In this document: positions 1-13,555 of the stretch, piece by piece
Position numbering within the stretch: position 1 is the stretch's first letter
Layout of the letters: the number at the start of each line of letters is the position of its first letter
NCBI GenBank assembly: GCA_000388065.2
Contig: KB932203.1
Source: Fonticula alba ATCC 38817
Lineage: Eukaryota > Protista > Nucleariida
DNA length: 42,144 nucleotides
Reading direction: 5' to 3' (one strand)
The notes under the pieces: model-generated
The model's input: only the letters and a program-made list of their open reading frames with translations
Databases searched by the model: none
What the model was told of the DNA's origin: nothing
Position numbers and translations under genes: made by a program

Positions 1-373
1 CCCCCCCCCCCCCCCCCGCCCCGTGGCCCGGGAAAATAGAAAAGAAACCTGCATCCCCAACCGGGTCGTCACCGCACTGTCACCTCCGCTCCCTGCCCCT
101 CCCCCACCATCACAGGCAGCACCGAGGAAGTATATGTGTGTGTATTTCTCTATATGGTGACCGCCGTGGGACGAAAGGAGCGCATGTGGAGGACAACGGC
201 CAGGCACGAGCCGAGGCGGCAGAGCATGGACACGCGCGTGCGCGCTCGGTGTACACTCTCCCCACCCACACTGCCGGAAACTGCCGGTCATAGGGGGGGG
301 GGGGAGGAGAAAAGCGCCGCACGAATTGCCACCCCCCGGGGGGCCGGCTCGCGCCCGGACCGGCGCCCGTCCA

Positions 374-1380
374 CTACTGGCAAAGGTCGTATGGCCGGTC
401 GAGCTCCTTGCGGGCGGCCAGCGTGGCACGGTGGATCTTGGCCAGCAGGCCGGTGTGCGTGTGGGTGTCGACAGCGAAACCAACCCTGGAGTCCAGGGCA
501 GGGACCACGCGCGGGGGGAGGGCAAAACAAGCAGGGCACATTAGCATGAAGAATCAGGCATCGGGGAAGGGAGCACAGGCTCCGGTGCGGGCGTGGGCAT
601 GCGGGCGCACTTGACGTGGGTGTCGTCCAGCTCGATGGCGATCCAGTTGTCCTTGCCATCGCGGCCAAGATCGCAGGACCACCAGGTGTCGAAGTTCAGT
701 GCCATGCCCCAGTGCTTCCAGTCCCACATGTCAAGGACCTTGCCGCCGTAGACGCCGGACTTGGCCGCGGCCTCCGGGCTCGGCAGGTAGCGAGGAGGCG
801 TGGCCCCGGCGAAGTAGCCGGTGTGCACCCGGCGGACCTGGTCCAGGGGGACCACCTTGTCACCGGCAAAGGGGAAGTAGTACCAATGCACGACCAGCCG
901 ATCGCGATAGAGGGTGACAAACTCGTCGCTGTGCAGGGGGACTTCGCGCCCGGTCGGGCCATGGGTCGAGGGGGGGGGATAGGTCTTGCCAGTGGTCAGC
1001 ACCTTGGGAGCCGGGGCAGAGGACAGACAGTCGGAGGACTGCTCGGCCGAGACGCCGCCGGACAGGATGGAGTTCGAGGACCGCGTGTAGTCCAGGCTCG
1101 AGAGGGCGGAGCCGGACGACAGGGCATAGTCCAGGCTCGAAAGGGAGTCCGTCCGATCAAGCTGCTTGTCGAAGCGCGGCTTGTCGAAATGCGGCTTGTC
1201 AAAGCAGGCGGTCATGGCTTCGGGCAGGGAAGAGACAAGGGAGAGATGGGGTGCTTGGTGGGGGGGGGGGGAGGAGCGCAGGGGAGGGGGGAGGTGACGA
1301 GCAGCCTTGACGGAGGGCCGCCGGGGGGGCTGCTCAAATAGGTGTGTGTGTGTCGACGCACCGTCAGCGGAGTGAGACAT
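374..1380 (-). CDS. Uncharacterised protein with Ser-rich N-terminus and Trp-rich C-terminal domain (probable exons 1380-1362, 1217-611, 485-374; alternative start at 1215)
   Basis: GC3-rich reading frame ...VTLYRDRLVVHWYYFPFAGDKVVPLDQVRRV...WDWKHWGMALNFDTWWSCDLGR...THV(K). The GT donor at 610 and CAG acceptor at 486 are phase-compatible and give K-VGFAVD...DLCQ* (TAG at 374-376). An upstream 19-nt exon (aaacATG at 1380, GTGCGT donor) splices in phase to the acceptor at 1218. Confidence 0.75.
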
Positions 1381-3071
1381 GTTTCGGAGCTTCAGGCGGG
1401 GAGGCACAAGGGCAGCCTGACAGCGCGGAAGGGCCGGGGCATGGCCGTCAGTCGAGATGCAGGGGCAAAGGGAGCGGCGAGCGGGCGGCAGTCCCTGGCA
1501 GGAGAAAGCGGGCGGATCGGTGCCCCCTGCCTGGCAAGACCCCCCTGGGCGGAAGAAGGGGGGATGGCCAGGCATCTGGAACGCATGCCACAATGCCTGG
1601 CATCGTGGGCCGCCGGATGCCAGGGGGAGGGGAGGGGGGGGGGGNNNNNNNNNNNNNNNNNNNNNNNNNNNNNNNNNNNNNNNNNNNNNNNNNNNNNNNN
1701 NNNNNNNNNNNNNNNNNNNNNNNNNNNNNNNNNNNNNNNNNNNNNNNNNNNNNNNNNNNNNNNNNNNNNNNNNNNNNNNNNNNNNNNNNNNNNNNNNNNN
1801 NNNNNNNNNNNNNNNNNNNNNNNNNNNNNNNNNNNNNNNNNNNNNNNNNNNNNNNNNNNNNNNNNNNNNNNNNNNNNNNNNNNNNNNNNNNNNNNNNNNN
1901 NNNNNNNNNNNNNNNNNNNNNNNNNNNNNNNNNNNNNNNNNNNNNNNNNNNNNNNNNNNNNNNNNGGGGCGTGGAGGAGGAGCAGGACAATTAGTCTGCG
2001 CGGCGCTCCCAGCCACATGGAATATGACAGGTTCCTGATAAACAGACCCCCGCCGGTCCCAAGGAAAGGCGCGCCGACCTGCCGGAGCGTGTTTCACCGG
2101 TTATTACATGGCGCGCGGTGGCGGTCTGCCTCCCACGTGCGGGCCAGGCGCAGTTCGCCGCTCCGGGGAAAAGCCCCCGGCCCCGAGGCCCGAGACAAGG
2201 GCGAGGCCCGGCGCCGGGGCGGGGGCCCCGGTAACCGGATGCCCTTGGCACCGAGGCGGGCACATCGCCCGGCCTCCAGGCGTCGAGGCCGGCGAAACAG
2301 CCGGCCCGGCCTGGCCCGGACCGCGGCCTACCAAGGGAACCGGCCAACTTCTTGGTAAGCCTGCCGGGGAAAGGCACCCCACACACACACACGCACACGC
2401 ACGCAGGCCCCCATACCACGGCGGTGGGAACAGATCGGCAGGCGGCCCCGGGCCCCAATACACTCTCGCCCGATTGCCACGCCGGGACCCGAGCCGCCCC
2501 GCCCCCTTTCCCCTTGCCTGCGGGGGATGCAGAGCCCCTTAACCGACGAAAGGGGCAGCACCCTGCACGAAAGGGAAAATATGGCACTTTGGGGACGACA
2601 CAAGCCGGCCAGAGAGGGCCAGCACGGGGTGGGAAATGGTCTGCGTGGGGCGCGCCCCGGAAATGGGGCGTGGAGTAGTGTAGTGGGAGGCTCGGCTGCT
2701 GGCGCTGCCGCCGTGTGTTGCCCTGTCTTTCACACACACATATGTCGGGAGCCACAACCACACGCGCCGGCACAGCAAGCAAGCATGCGCAGACATGCGC
2801 GTGTGGGGAAAAAATCCCACACGGGGCGAACCAGGAGGGGGAATGCCAGCCGGGGGGGGGGGGGGGGTCGAGGCCGTCGCCAGTCAGGCGGCACCTGGCC
2901 CCCGTCCCCATGGGGAGGGGGGGGGGCGAGACACGGGCAGACACACCACACACACGGACCAGGACCCCCCTTCAGGCACACACGCACGCAAGTGCGCACA
3001 TAAAAAAGGGAGGGAGGGAGAAAAACAGGCGCCGCCCAGTCCGCGTGCCATCACGTGCAAGCGGCACATGA

Positions 3072-3999
3072 CTAGGCGCTATGGAGGCGAATCGAGCCGA
3101 TCTTCACCAGCCAGGAGATGTACTCATTGAACTCCACGGTGCCGGAGTTGTCCTGATCCAGCTCGGCGAAGGCCTTGTCGAAGGTGAGGTTGTAGAACTT
3201 CCGCTCGATCAGGGTGTTGTGCAGGTTGCGGAACTCCTCGCGGCTGAGGACGCCGGAGCCTGCACCAAGCGGTTGCGAAAGAGGGGCACGGCCCGAGAGA
3301 GGGGACAGGGGGGGGGGGGGACGGGACAGCCGGGCACGTTAGCCAAGGAGCGCCAGGAAGACCATGGAAAATGGGGGGGGGGGGGCAGAGCGTCTCTTCC
3401 CAGTAGGCGAGGGCCCGGCAGACGCACGATCCTTGTCGAAGTAGAGGAAGAAGTCGACGCAGTTCTTGAGAATGTCCTCGTCCTCCGGGGACATCTTCTC
3501 AAACTGGTCGAAGCGGTCGGACTGGCGCCACCTACATCGGCAGGGGGCCCGGGCAAATGCAAGCAGAGGCGAGCGCCGCGGGAAACCAAAGGAGACGAGA
3601 AAGGACGAATCCCGGTCAATGTGCCATGGAAATGAACGGCCTGTGCGTGGGATGCATGGGTGCGCCCGCGCCATCAAACGACGTACCAAACGAGGAACTC
3701 GTCGTAAGAGATCTGGCCATCGCCCGAGGTGTCGATCGAGCGGAAGGTCTGAGACATCCGGGCGCGGAGTCGCGTGTGAGTTGCCCTGCTCCTCGCATCA
3801 CGAAGGCCATACCAAACATGGCAACAAAGCGGGAGCGCTCGAGAGAAGGAGGAGAGCCACGTACGAGATCGGTCTGGGTCTGGGTCATGAAGTGGCCCAT
3901 GGAGAGGGCCATCTGCTGAAACTCGAACTTGTCGATGCTGTTCGAGCCATCGGCATCGTAGCGGTGGAAGACGCGCTTCGAGAGGGGGGGAATGTTCAT
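3072..3999 (-). CDS. Calmodulin-like EF-hand Ca2+-binding protein, 162 aa (exons 3999-3865, 3748-3687, 3531-3428, 3259-3072)
   Basis: Spliced frame contains four canonical 12-residue EF loops: DADGSNSIDKFE, DTSGDGQISYDE, DKDRSGVLSREE, DQDNSGTVEFNE. All three introns are GT-AG and phase-consistent; accATG start context. Confidence 0.9.
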
Positions 4000-4951
4000 G
4001 GTGGAGGAAAAGAGGGAGGAGGGGAAAAAAACGGCCAAAAGGGAAGGGGGCGATGCCTTGAATTCAGGGGGAAAAAAGCACAGAAGGAAGGCTTAAAAAG
4101 AACCCCCTGACCCGAGGCGCCCGGGGGAAATTGATGTCCTGCAATAAATGTGGACCACTTGATATTGGGATGGTCGCATAATTATTACACCTTTTATGAC
4201 AAAATAGTGCCTGTATTTTGTATTTACGAAACACCAAGAATGTTATCCACAAAATATTGCTCATCCGTATGCGCAAGTAGTACAAAATTGAATGTGTAAT
4301 GAATGGGGCTCTATTGAAGTCCCGCCTGCCTGGTGCGGCTACTTCTTCCGTGCGGGGCATGTTCGACCGAACACATTCCAGCCCCCGGGCTCGGCCGATC
4401 ACTTCCGCGAGCTTTCTTCCCGGCGCCGGCGGCGCCCGCCCCCTCTCTTTCTTTCTCTCCGGCGGCTGGGTTCTGCCCTGCTCGCCGCATCCAAGATCAC
4501 AGCTTCGCCCGAGGCCCAAGAGATGCGACCACGCCCTCGTCTCAGCTTGCCACTCCTGCTCATGCTTGCCCACCCCCGCGCTTCCTCCCGCAGCATGGCT
4601 CCAGATCTCCGGACAATGCCCTTTTGGCACAGATCGCCTACGATACCTCGGAGCCTGCCATGTGCTGCCCAGGCATATGCCATGCGTGCATGTGCCTCCT
4701 CATGTTCCCTCCATCCCGACTATCCCACCCATCCCGTCCATCCTGCTGACCTCCTCTGCCGAGCCCGCCCCAGGCACCCGGTTCGTCCCGCCTCGAGTTT
4801 CTCCTGAGACCAAGGAGGCGGGGATCTGCGTCTCCCTTCCTCAAGCGGTGGTGAACTGCCCCGTGCCTCGTGCTGGCCACGCACCGCCCACCTCAACTTT
4901 GCTCCAGTCCCTCCCCCCGCTGGTCAGCCGCACCGCCACTCCCTTCAACAG

Positions 4952-5801
4952 GCACTCCGCGACGCATCCTCAGCATCCTGTCCTCGTTCCCTCCGGCAGC
5001 CTCCCGTGTGCTAGACGCCGTCTCCGACTTGGGTGCCTCCCCTCCGCACGGGGCCACTCATCTCCCTTCCGTGCCGCGGCCATCTGTACCGGTCTCCGCC
5101 TGCCTCCCTTTCTCCTCCTGGCTCCTCTCCGCCCCCGTGTCCTCCCATCTCCGCCGACGTCGATCAGCCTCACTACCTGCGTCGCTTGCTCTTCCTCGCC
5201 CATCCTCCCCTTTCCGAGGCATCTCTTCCCCTTTTGAACCCCCTCCGTCCGGCATGTGGGCACTCGTGTTCGGGCAGGGATCGCAGAGCTCTTTGCGACC
5301 CCTCCCGCCCTCGCTCGACCTTTACTCCTCGCCCGGTCTAAAGCCCTTGCCCTGGCAATCCCCTAGATAACTCCTCCGTTGGTGCTGTCTCCGGCGAAGG
5401 CAATGCGGGCACCTCTTCTTCATGGTGCCTTTCCCGGCCCCACAGCTTGCGGATGGGTTGACCATCGGAGCTGACCGCTCTCGTGTCTCCTTTCCCCTGT
5501 CTCCCTGGTCACCCAGTCAGAGGGCGATCTACCTCGGCTCGTCACTGGCCAGCGACCTGCCACAGCTGAAGGTCTGCTGGGGAGTACATGGTTGGACCTC
5601 CGCACCTTCGTTGTCTCTGTCCAGGAGATTGATGCCGCGTAGGCATCCTCCCTGGCGGACAAGCTCGCCAAGGGTGTCCCCGGAGCCCAACCTCATGGCC
5701 TGGACCTTACACGGACGGCTGATGCCGAGGCGAGCGAGGCCAACCCAAGCGCGGAAGGAGGGGCGGGGCCTGTATGTCGGCCCTTGAATCGGGACAGGCG
5801 T

Positions 5802-5804
<3 letters not shown>
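4952..5804 (+). CDS. 3' part of an orphan Ser/Pro-rich spliced gene (candidate exons 4952-5251, 5367-5424, 5517-5571, 5643-5804); 5' end unresolved
   Basis: Four candidate exons chain in consistent phase: ...QRAIYLGSSLASDLPQLK|ASSLADKLAKGVPG...RDRR*. There is a GCTGAC branch-like site plus pyrimidine tract before the 5516 acceptor. The model needs a GC donor at 5252. No homology recognised. Confidence 0.4.
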
Positions 5805-5806
<2 letters not shown>

Positions 5807-5851
<45 letters not shown>

Positions 5852-5870
5852 GTGTGTGTGTGTGTTTGTG
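5807..5870. repeat. (GT)n microsatellite
   Basis: Read directly. Confidence 0.95.
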
Positions 5871-6288
5871 GGGGGAGGGGGGGAGGGGGAGGGCACCGCA
5901 CAATGGACCACCCCCAGAGCAGCATGAGCCCGGACACGGGCGGGTGTGCGTGAAGCCGCTTCGATCTCGGTCCGAGGGGGGCAAAACCCCGGATCAGAGC
6001 CGGTCCACCTCCGGGAGTGCGTGCGCACACACACACGCGCACACACACGCGCACACAGATGCAGCAGGCACTTCGGACATTGGGTGTGTATTTTGTAGAA
6101 AAAATGACATGATCTCCTGGGGGGAGGGGACGCAGGGCGGCCCATCGCAGGCGCCATCGTCCTCGGGGGCGAGACAAAGGCCGGAAGGGCTGTCCTCAGG
6201 GGATTGGACGGGTGGCGGGCAGGGCAGAGGACGCGCGTTGGCCTTCCTCCCCCATCTCAATCGGCGGGGAGCCAGGAGCGCCCGCCGC

Positions 6289-8216
<1,928 letters not shown>

Positions 8217-9160
8217 GGTCGAGGGAAGGAGGCGAGCGGGGGGGGGGGGGAGAGAGAGAGAAGGAGGGAGAGGAGGGATGCGGGCGAAGGCAAAGGAACG
8301 CGCGGGGCACAGGAGCGAAGAGAGAAGAAGGCAATCGATGGGGGCCAATTGTCTGGCCAGCCCCGCCGAAGGACCCTGGGGCCCTGTCACACGGCGGCTC
8401 ATATGTATTCTCCGCTCCGGCGCCGAGATGCGACGGCACCGAGAGCACCCTCCGGTGCATCTCAATACCCCGTACCACACACACACAAACACAGAAAGAC
8501 AGACAGTCCCCCCCGGTTGTGCCCCGCTAGTTAGACATGCCCGGTTCCCAGCCGGCTGCAATGTGAAGCCCAGCTGGCAGGAGAGAAACGACGTCTTGGG
8601 AAGCGCGTGAAAGTGGCCCCGTGATCGCATGAGATCTTTTCTAAACAATCGGCAGCTCTGCCCGCCCCGCGCCCCCCCCCCAGTCCTTTGCATCAGCATC
8701 TAGTGCCTGCCTGGGGAGAGTCTGCTGATCGGCTCCTGGGCCGCGGCTCCCCACAGCCGGCCCCCCGCCGGCGGGTCTTCTCCCGCCCAATTGCCCCGGC
8801 CTCGCCTCTCCCCCTGCCTTCCCCTCAGCCAGCACCCGGCCATCCACAGGGAACAAGGAGCAAGAAAGCATGCTTATTGAGGCAGGGGGGGCCGGATGGT
8901 GTCCGGCCCAAAGTAGATATCTGAAAAAGGACAGTGTCTAGGGGCATTCCAGCATAACTGGCGCTGGAATCCACTGACGAAGGACGAGAAAAGGACAGAG
9001 GGGGTGTGCAGCTGCACACATGCAAATAAAAAGGTGAGCCAAGACCATAGTGAACCAGGACGGTGGTGAACCGGATCACAAAAGAGCCCAGGCTCATATC
9101 GTGGCCAAATGGAGGAGGACCAAGGAAAGCGGGCAGGTCCCCCAGCATCATCATCAGCAT

Positions 9161-9186
9161 CAACAACAACAACAACAACAACAACA
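9161..9186. repeat. (CAA)n microsatellite
   Basis: Read directly. Confidence 0.9.
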
Positions 9187-9338
9187 TGCGTGTGACTGTG
9201 GCCGGCGCCGCGAGACACGCTGGGTCGCCGCCGGAAGGGCGCCAATGTGCCTTGTGGGCCGACAAAGAAGAGAGAAAGAGACCATGCGACATGGACGACT
9301 GACCATGCCGGTGGGGGGGACCGAGAGAGGGGAGGCCC

Positions 9339-10464
9339 TCAGTAGAGCGCCCAGACGGCCTCGTAGGCCACCTCGGGCAGGGCCTTCAGCATGCGGATGA
9401 GCGGGATCTCCTTGCCCACCTGGTACTTCACCTTGGGGAAGCGCGAGAAGAGAGCATGCTGAATGGCCTGAACCACGAAGTCCGGGGACATGCTGCGACG
9501 ATAGGACCCATTGAAGAAGGCCAACGACCGCTCGATGCGGTTCTCCGGATAGGCGCCCTGGATTTCCTTGCAAACGGTGCCACGCTTCTCGGTGATCATG
9601 GCCGTAATGCGGCTGATGAGGTTGGTGTAGGCGAAGCCCGGGACCACCTCGCACACGGCGACCCCCATGTGCTTGGTTTCCTGCCGCAGGGCTTGCGTCA
9701 TGGCCGACAGGGCGCTCTTGCTGGCCGAATAGAGGGACAAGCCAGGGATGGGGATAATCGACGAGGCACTGCTGATGTTGATGATTCGCCCACGCGTGCG
9801 GCGCAGGAAGGGCAGGCACATCTTGATCATGGCCAGCGGCGCGAGGAAATTCACCTCCAGCACCTGGCGTGCCTCCTCCATGGTAGACCACTCCACCAGG
9901 TAGCCCTGACTGATGCCGGCATTGTTGACCACGGCACCCAGGCCCTCCGGGCAGACGGACTGGATGAGCTTCTGGCAGCGCTCCAGGTCCGCGGGGTTGG
10001 TGACATCCAGCAGGAAGGGGATGAGATTCGGCCGGCCGGAGCTTTCCAGCACCTTGACGCCGGTCTCGGTCAGGCAGCCAGCCAGGACGGGCTTGTTCTC
10101 ATTGGCCAGTGCCTCGACCAGCAGCCGACCGAAGCCAGTGTCGCAACCCTACCATCCGAAGGAGGCCATGCACCAGGGACAGAGGGGGGGGGGGGGAGAA
10201 AGAAAGGAGAGTCAGTTGGGGTGGTGAGTGAGGGAGTAGGGGTGAAGTGGCCGTGGGCAAGGCTGCACACGGGAAAACACGCACCGTGATGAGAGTATAC
10301 AGCTCCTCACGGGGAGTCGACAGCCGGGCCAGGTCCCGCTGTTGCCCCGGGAAGAAGGGGAAGAAATTGATGTTGGCTACCACCGATGTGTTGACATATT
10401 GCACAATCGCATGCACGGTGTAAAGCAAGAAAATGAAGGCTATGCCATCGACAAGGAGACTCAT
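9339..10464 (-). CDS. Short-chain dehydrogenase/reductase of the retinol dehydrogenase / 17-beta-HSD type with hydrophobic N-terminus, 329 aa (exons 10464-10285, 10148-9339)
   Basis: Splicing restores the Rossmann motif ITGCDTGFG. Also DVT, VNNAGI, IINISS and catalytic YSASK. N-terminal hydrophobic segment LLVDGIAFIFLLYTVHAIV. Confidence 0.9.
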
Positions 10465-11005
10465 GGCTGGCTGACTGTGGGTGCAGATCATGCGGTGGAG
10501 AGGCAGAAAAAGAGAGAAGGAGGAGGGAAGTCCACGAGTCAGTGGTCGGTGCCAGGGAAGAGGAAGGCCAAGCAGGGCCTGAGATGAAGGTGACGAAGAC
10601 GCATGTACCTTGAAAGGTAGAGGGGTGGCACAGGCAGGCGTGTGGATGTGCGCGTGCGGCAAAGAAAATGCAAGCGAGAGGGATCGAGCGGAGAGGGAGA
10701 GGGAAGGACCAAGGGCAGGATACTGGCTTGTGAATTGTCATCTGGAACTCGATGCCGGATCCTTTTATAGTGGCCGTGGAACACTCGGGTGCAGATCGCT
10801 GCAGCCCGAGAGGCAGGAGACACAAACGAAGATCACCGCAGGCCAACACACGGCCAACGAGGGCCAGGGAAACCCCAACACCCAAGCCACGAATCAAGAG
10901 GCCACATTCCACAGAGTGTGCTGGGTTGCAAAAACCGCCGACGCTTCGCCTCCCGGGCTGTTGGAGGCCACCATCCCGGGCGCCATTAGTCGAGGACATC
11001 ACTTA

Positions 11006-11030
11006 CGCGCGCGCGCGCGCGCGCGCGCGC
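11006..11030. repeat. (CG)n self-complementary tract (Z-DNA-prone)
   Basis: Read directly; a similar tract lies at about 36985-37015. Confidence 0.9.
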
Positions 11031-13410
11031 CCGTGCACGTATGCATGGATTGCTTCCGGAGTTTGCGCCCCACCACATCGGTGCCCGTGGCCAAGTTTGC
11101 CCTGTCCAGCATACGCCAGCCAACCGGCCTGCTGTAGGCATGTAACTGCTCTCGCGATCTGCGCCTTGCCTCCGAAGGCACCGCCTCCCGGTCGAGGCAC
11201 CTGCATGGGACCATGGGCGAGCGCCAACTGAAACATGGCGTGAGACCAGGGAGAATGGAGCCGGGGGTGGACCGTGTGTCATGGACTTGGGGCGAGGCCC
11301 TTGCGCCTCACTTGAGCGGGCCCGCCTCGCATGTCAAGTCCCTCCGAGGGGGGCGGGGGTAGCAACCCCGAGTGCACCTCTTTCGAGCGTGCTTGGACTC
11401 CTTTCCGTCGCGGTCCGACTTCAATGCGCCAATGGTCCGCGGACAAAAGGCCTATTGGTGGGCCCCTGCGCGAGAAGTGCCCCTGCCCCGGGGGGGGGGG
11501 GGGGGGAAGGAGGAAGAGAGGCGAGCGGCAGCGGGGGAGAAGGAGCCCCAACGCCGGGAAGCCCGGTGGAAGGAGGCGCCTAGGAAAGCAGGGGCCTCGG
11601 CGAGCAAACTATCCCCCTGGACAAGGCCGAACACCGACCAAACCCGCGCGACTGGCCGCCATGTGCATGTGTCGGGGAGAGCCACCGCTCCCGGACCTGG
11701 GAATTTCGGTGCCGGCTTTTGCGCGCGAACCCGGCGCCCAGACGACCGAAAGCCCGGCAAATGTCGTGTAACGGCAAGACGACATGCAGAGTGGCCATGC
11801 CGGCGGTGGGAAAGTAGCCCAGGGGACGGGCACCGGGGATCTAAGGTGGGAAACTTCCCAGGGGGGGGGGGGCCTGCACCGAGAAGCCCATTCACCGAGA
11901 CCGGGGAAGTTCGCAGGTACCGAGGCGAAGCCCACGGCGAGGGCGAACCACATGCATCGCAATATGCTGCCCCTGGAGGGGACCTCCACCAGAGGGGGAA
12001 GAGGTAGAAAAAAGAGAGGGGGGAGCGGCCCGCAAACTAAACAGACGAGGCCAATGGCCTCGGGCCGTTCATGGGACGCCTCTGCCCCGGCCCATGTCAC
12101 CCCAGGCCCAATGGGCCACGGGCACCGGGCGAAAGCGGCCAAATCGGGGGATGTCGCGGTATGGCCGCCGTGCCTGGAACTCGCCCTCCAGGCGAGGGAG
12201 AAAACCAAGATCTGATCAGCCTTACAGGGCCCCATGCGCTGGGCGATGCGCGTCCTCGACCGGCCGAGGATCGGAGAGGCAGAAAGAGGTAGGGCCAGAG
12301 TCTGCGGAAGGAGCAGGAGAAGGGCCGGATCGGCCGATCGCGTGGAACACCGGCCACCAGAAACCCTGCACGAGTGGCTATCGGCCCGACCCAGTGGCCA
12401 GGCAGTTATGCGCCAGGAGGTGGAGCCGAGCCCGACTCGGAGGGGGGGGGGGGGGGGGGCAGTTGCGAAAGCGGAGAAAAACAGCCAGCCAGAGTGCCTC
12501 GAGGGCACATGGTCCCAGAAAGCAGGGTTAAGGAGCCAGCACAGTCCCCACAAGAGCATGGCGCAGACCAGGAGCGCACAAAAGGTGGCCACGGCGGGGG
12601 GGNNNNNNNNNNGAACCCATCGCCCGCCAAGGGGGCCAGGAGATGGGACGGATCGGCTAATCCGGACGAATGTATCAAAAGGTCCCGGTGTTGGCGCGCC
12701 CAATTTGCGAGCATGCAGCAAGAGGCGACGCACAGGCAGACCACCGGAGGAGGGGCGCGCATAATGAAACGACCGATCGCGCCGCAGGAATCAGCAACAC
12801 CCGACAGTCGACCATACTGCAGCTCTCCAGAGCCCCGGCCGGGGCCATGAGGAACCCATTTTGAGAGACGACGGGGCGGGGCGAAGGGGGGGGGGGAGGG
12901 CGGGGGGGGGCTGTCCATTGTCCATTGTGTTGAGCCAGGGACACGGGGCGCTGTTTTCTGTTTGAGGTGGCTGCTGACGCTGGCACCCCCCCCCTCGTCC
13001 CCGGCCTCGGCGTCGCCCAGCGCCCCGTGCCCCGTGCCCCGCGCCCCGCGCACGACCAAAAGAAAAAGAAAACACACGCCCCGACCGTGGGGTGTCAGTT
13101 CGGGGGGAGGGCTAGACGCCACGCCCGCCTGACGCACTGAGCCCCAGCTCTTCGGTTTGCTCCTCTGCCCCCCCCCCCCCCCCCCCCCCCCCCCGGCCTC
13201 CGCCGCCCCCAGGCGGGGCCCATTGCCGCGAGGTGGGCTACGCAACCCCTGAGAACTGCCCACGGAACGCACTGACCACTCTAGGCAACCGGCTTGAAGT
13301 GGCGCTGACACCATTCCATTGTTGTGTGACCATGTGACGCTCGCGCCCGGCAGGACCACCCACCACGAGAGGGGGAAGGAGCGCCGAGCCGGGTCCTCTT
13401 GCCGAGAGGA

Positions 13411-13445
<35 letters not shown>

Positions 13446-13555
13446 CGTGCAGGATACAGGAGGAAGAAGAAAACACGACACGCGGCGGACATGAGCACAG
13501 GCGCGCACAAGAGGCAGAAGGAGCGAGGGGCCGGCACACACGAACACCACTGCGC

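Noticed and set aside
4186-4222. CACCTTTTATG plus ATTTTG resembling U5 loop I and an Sm site
   Set aside because: The invariant U5 loop is altered, there is no enclosing stem, and the Sm-like site is far too close.
5523-5804. Apparent TAG read-through (…EIDAA*ASSLADK…) at 5640-5642
   Set aside because: Better explained as a 3' splice site (TAG) of a 71-bp intron, 5572-5642.
8825-9292. ORF with poly-Leu/Met stretch mimicking a TM helix
   Set aside because: Derived from the (CAA)n/(CAT)n microsatellite in the SDR downstream region.
9456-10289. 277-aa plus-strand ORF antisense to the SDR (also 616-1341, 25255-26529 and similar)
   Set aside because: Shadow ORFs produced by high GC3 on the coding strand; no independent motifs.
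12140-12170. Minus-strand CGGCCATACC...CCCGAT resembling the 5' end of 5S rRNA
   Set aside because: Spacing differs and none of the remaining 5S sequence (A/C boxes, 3' stem) follows.
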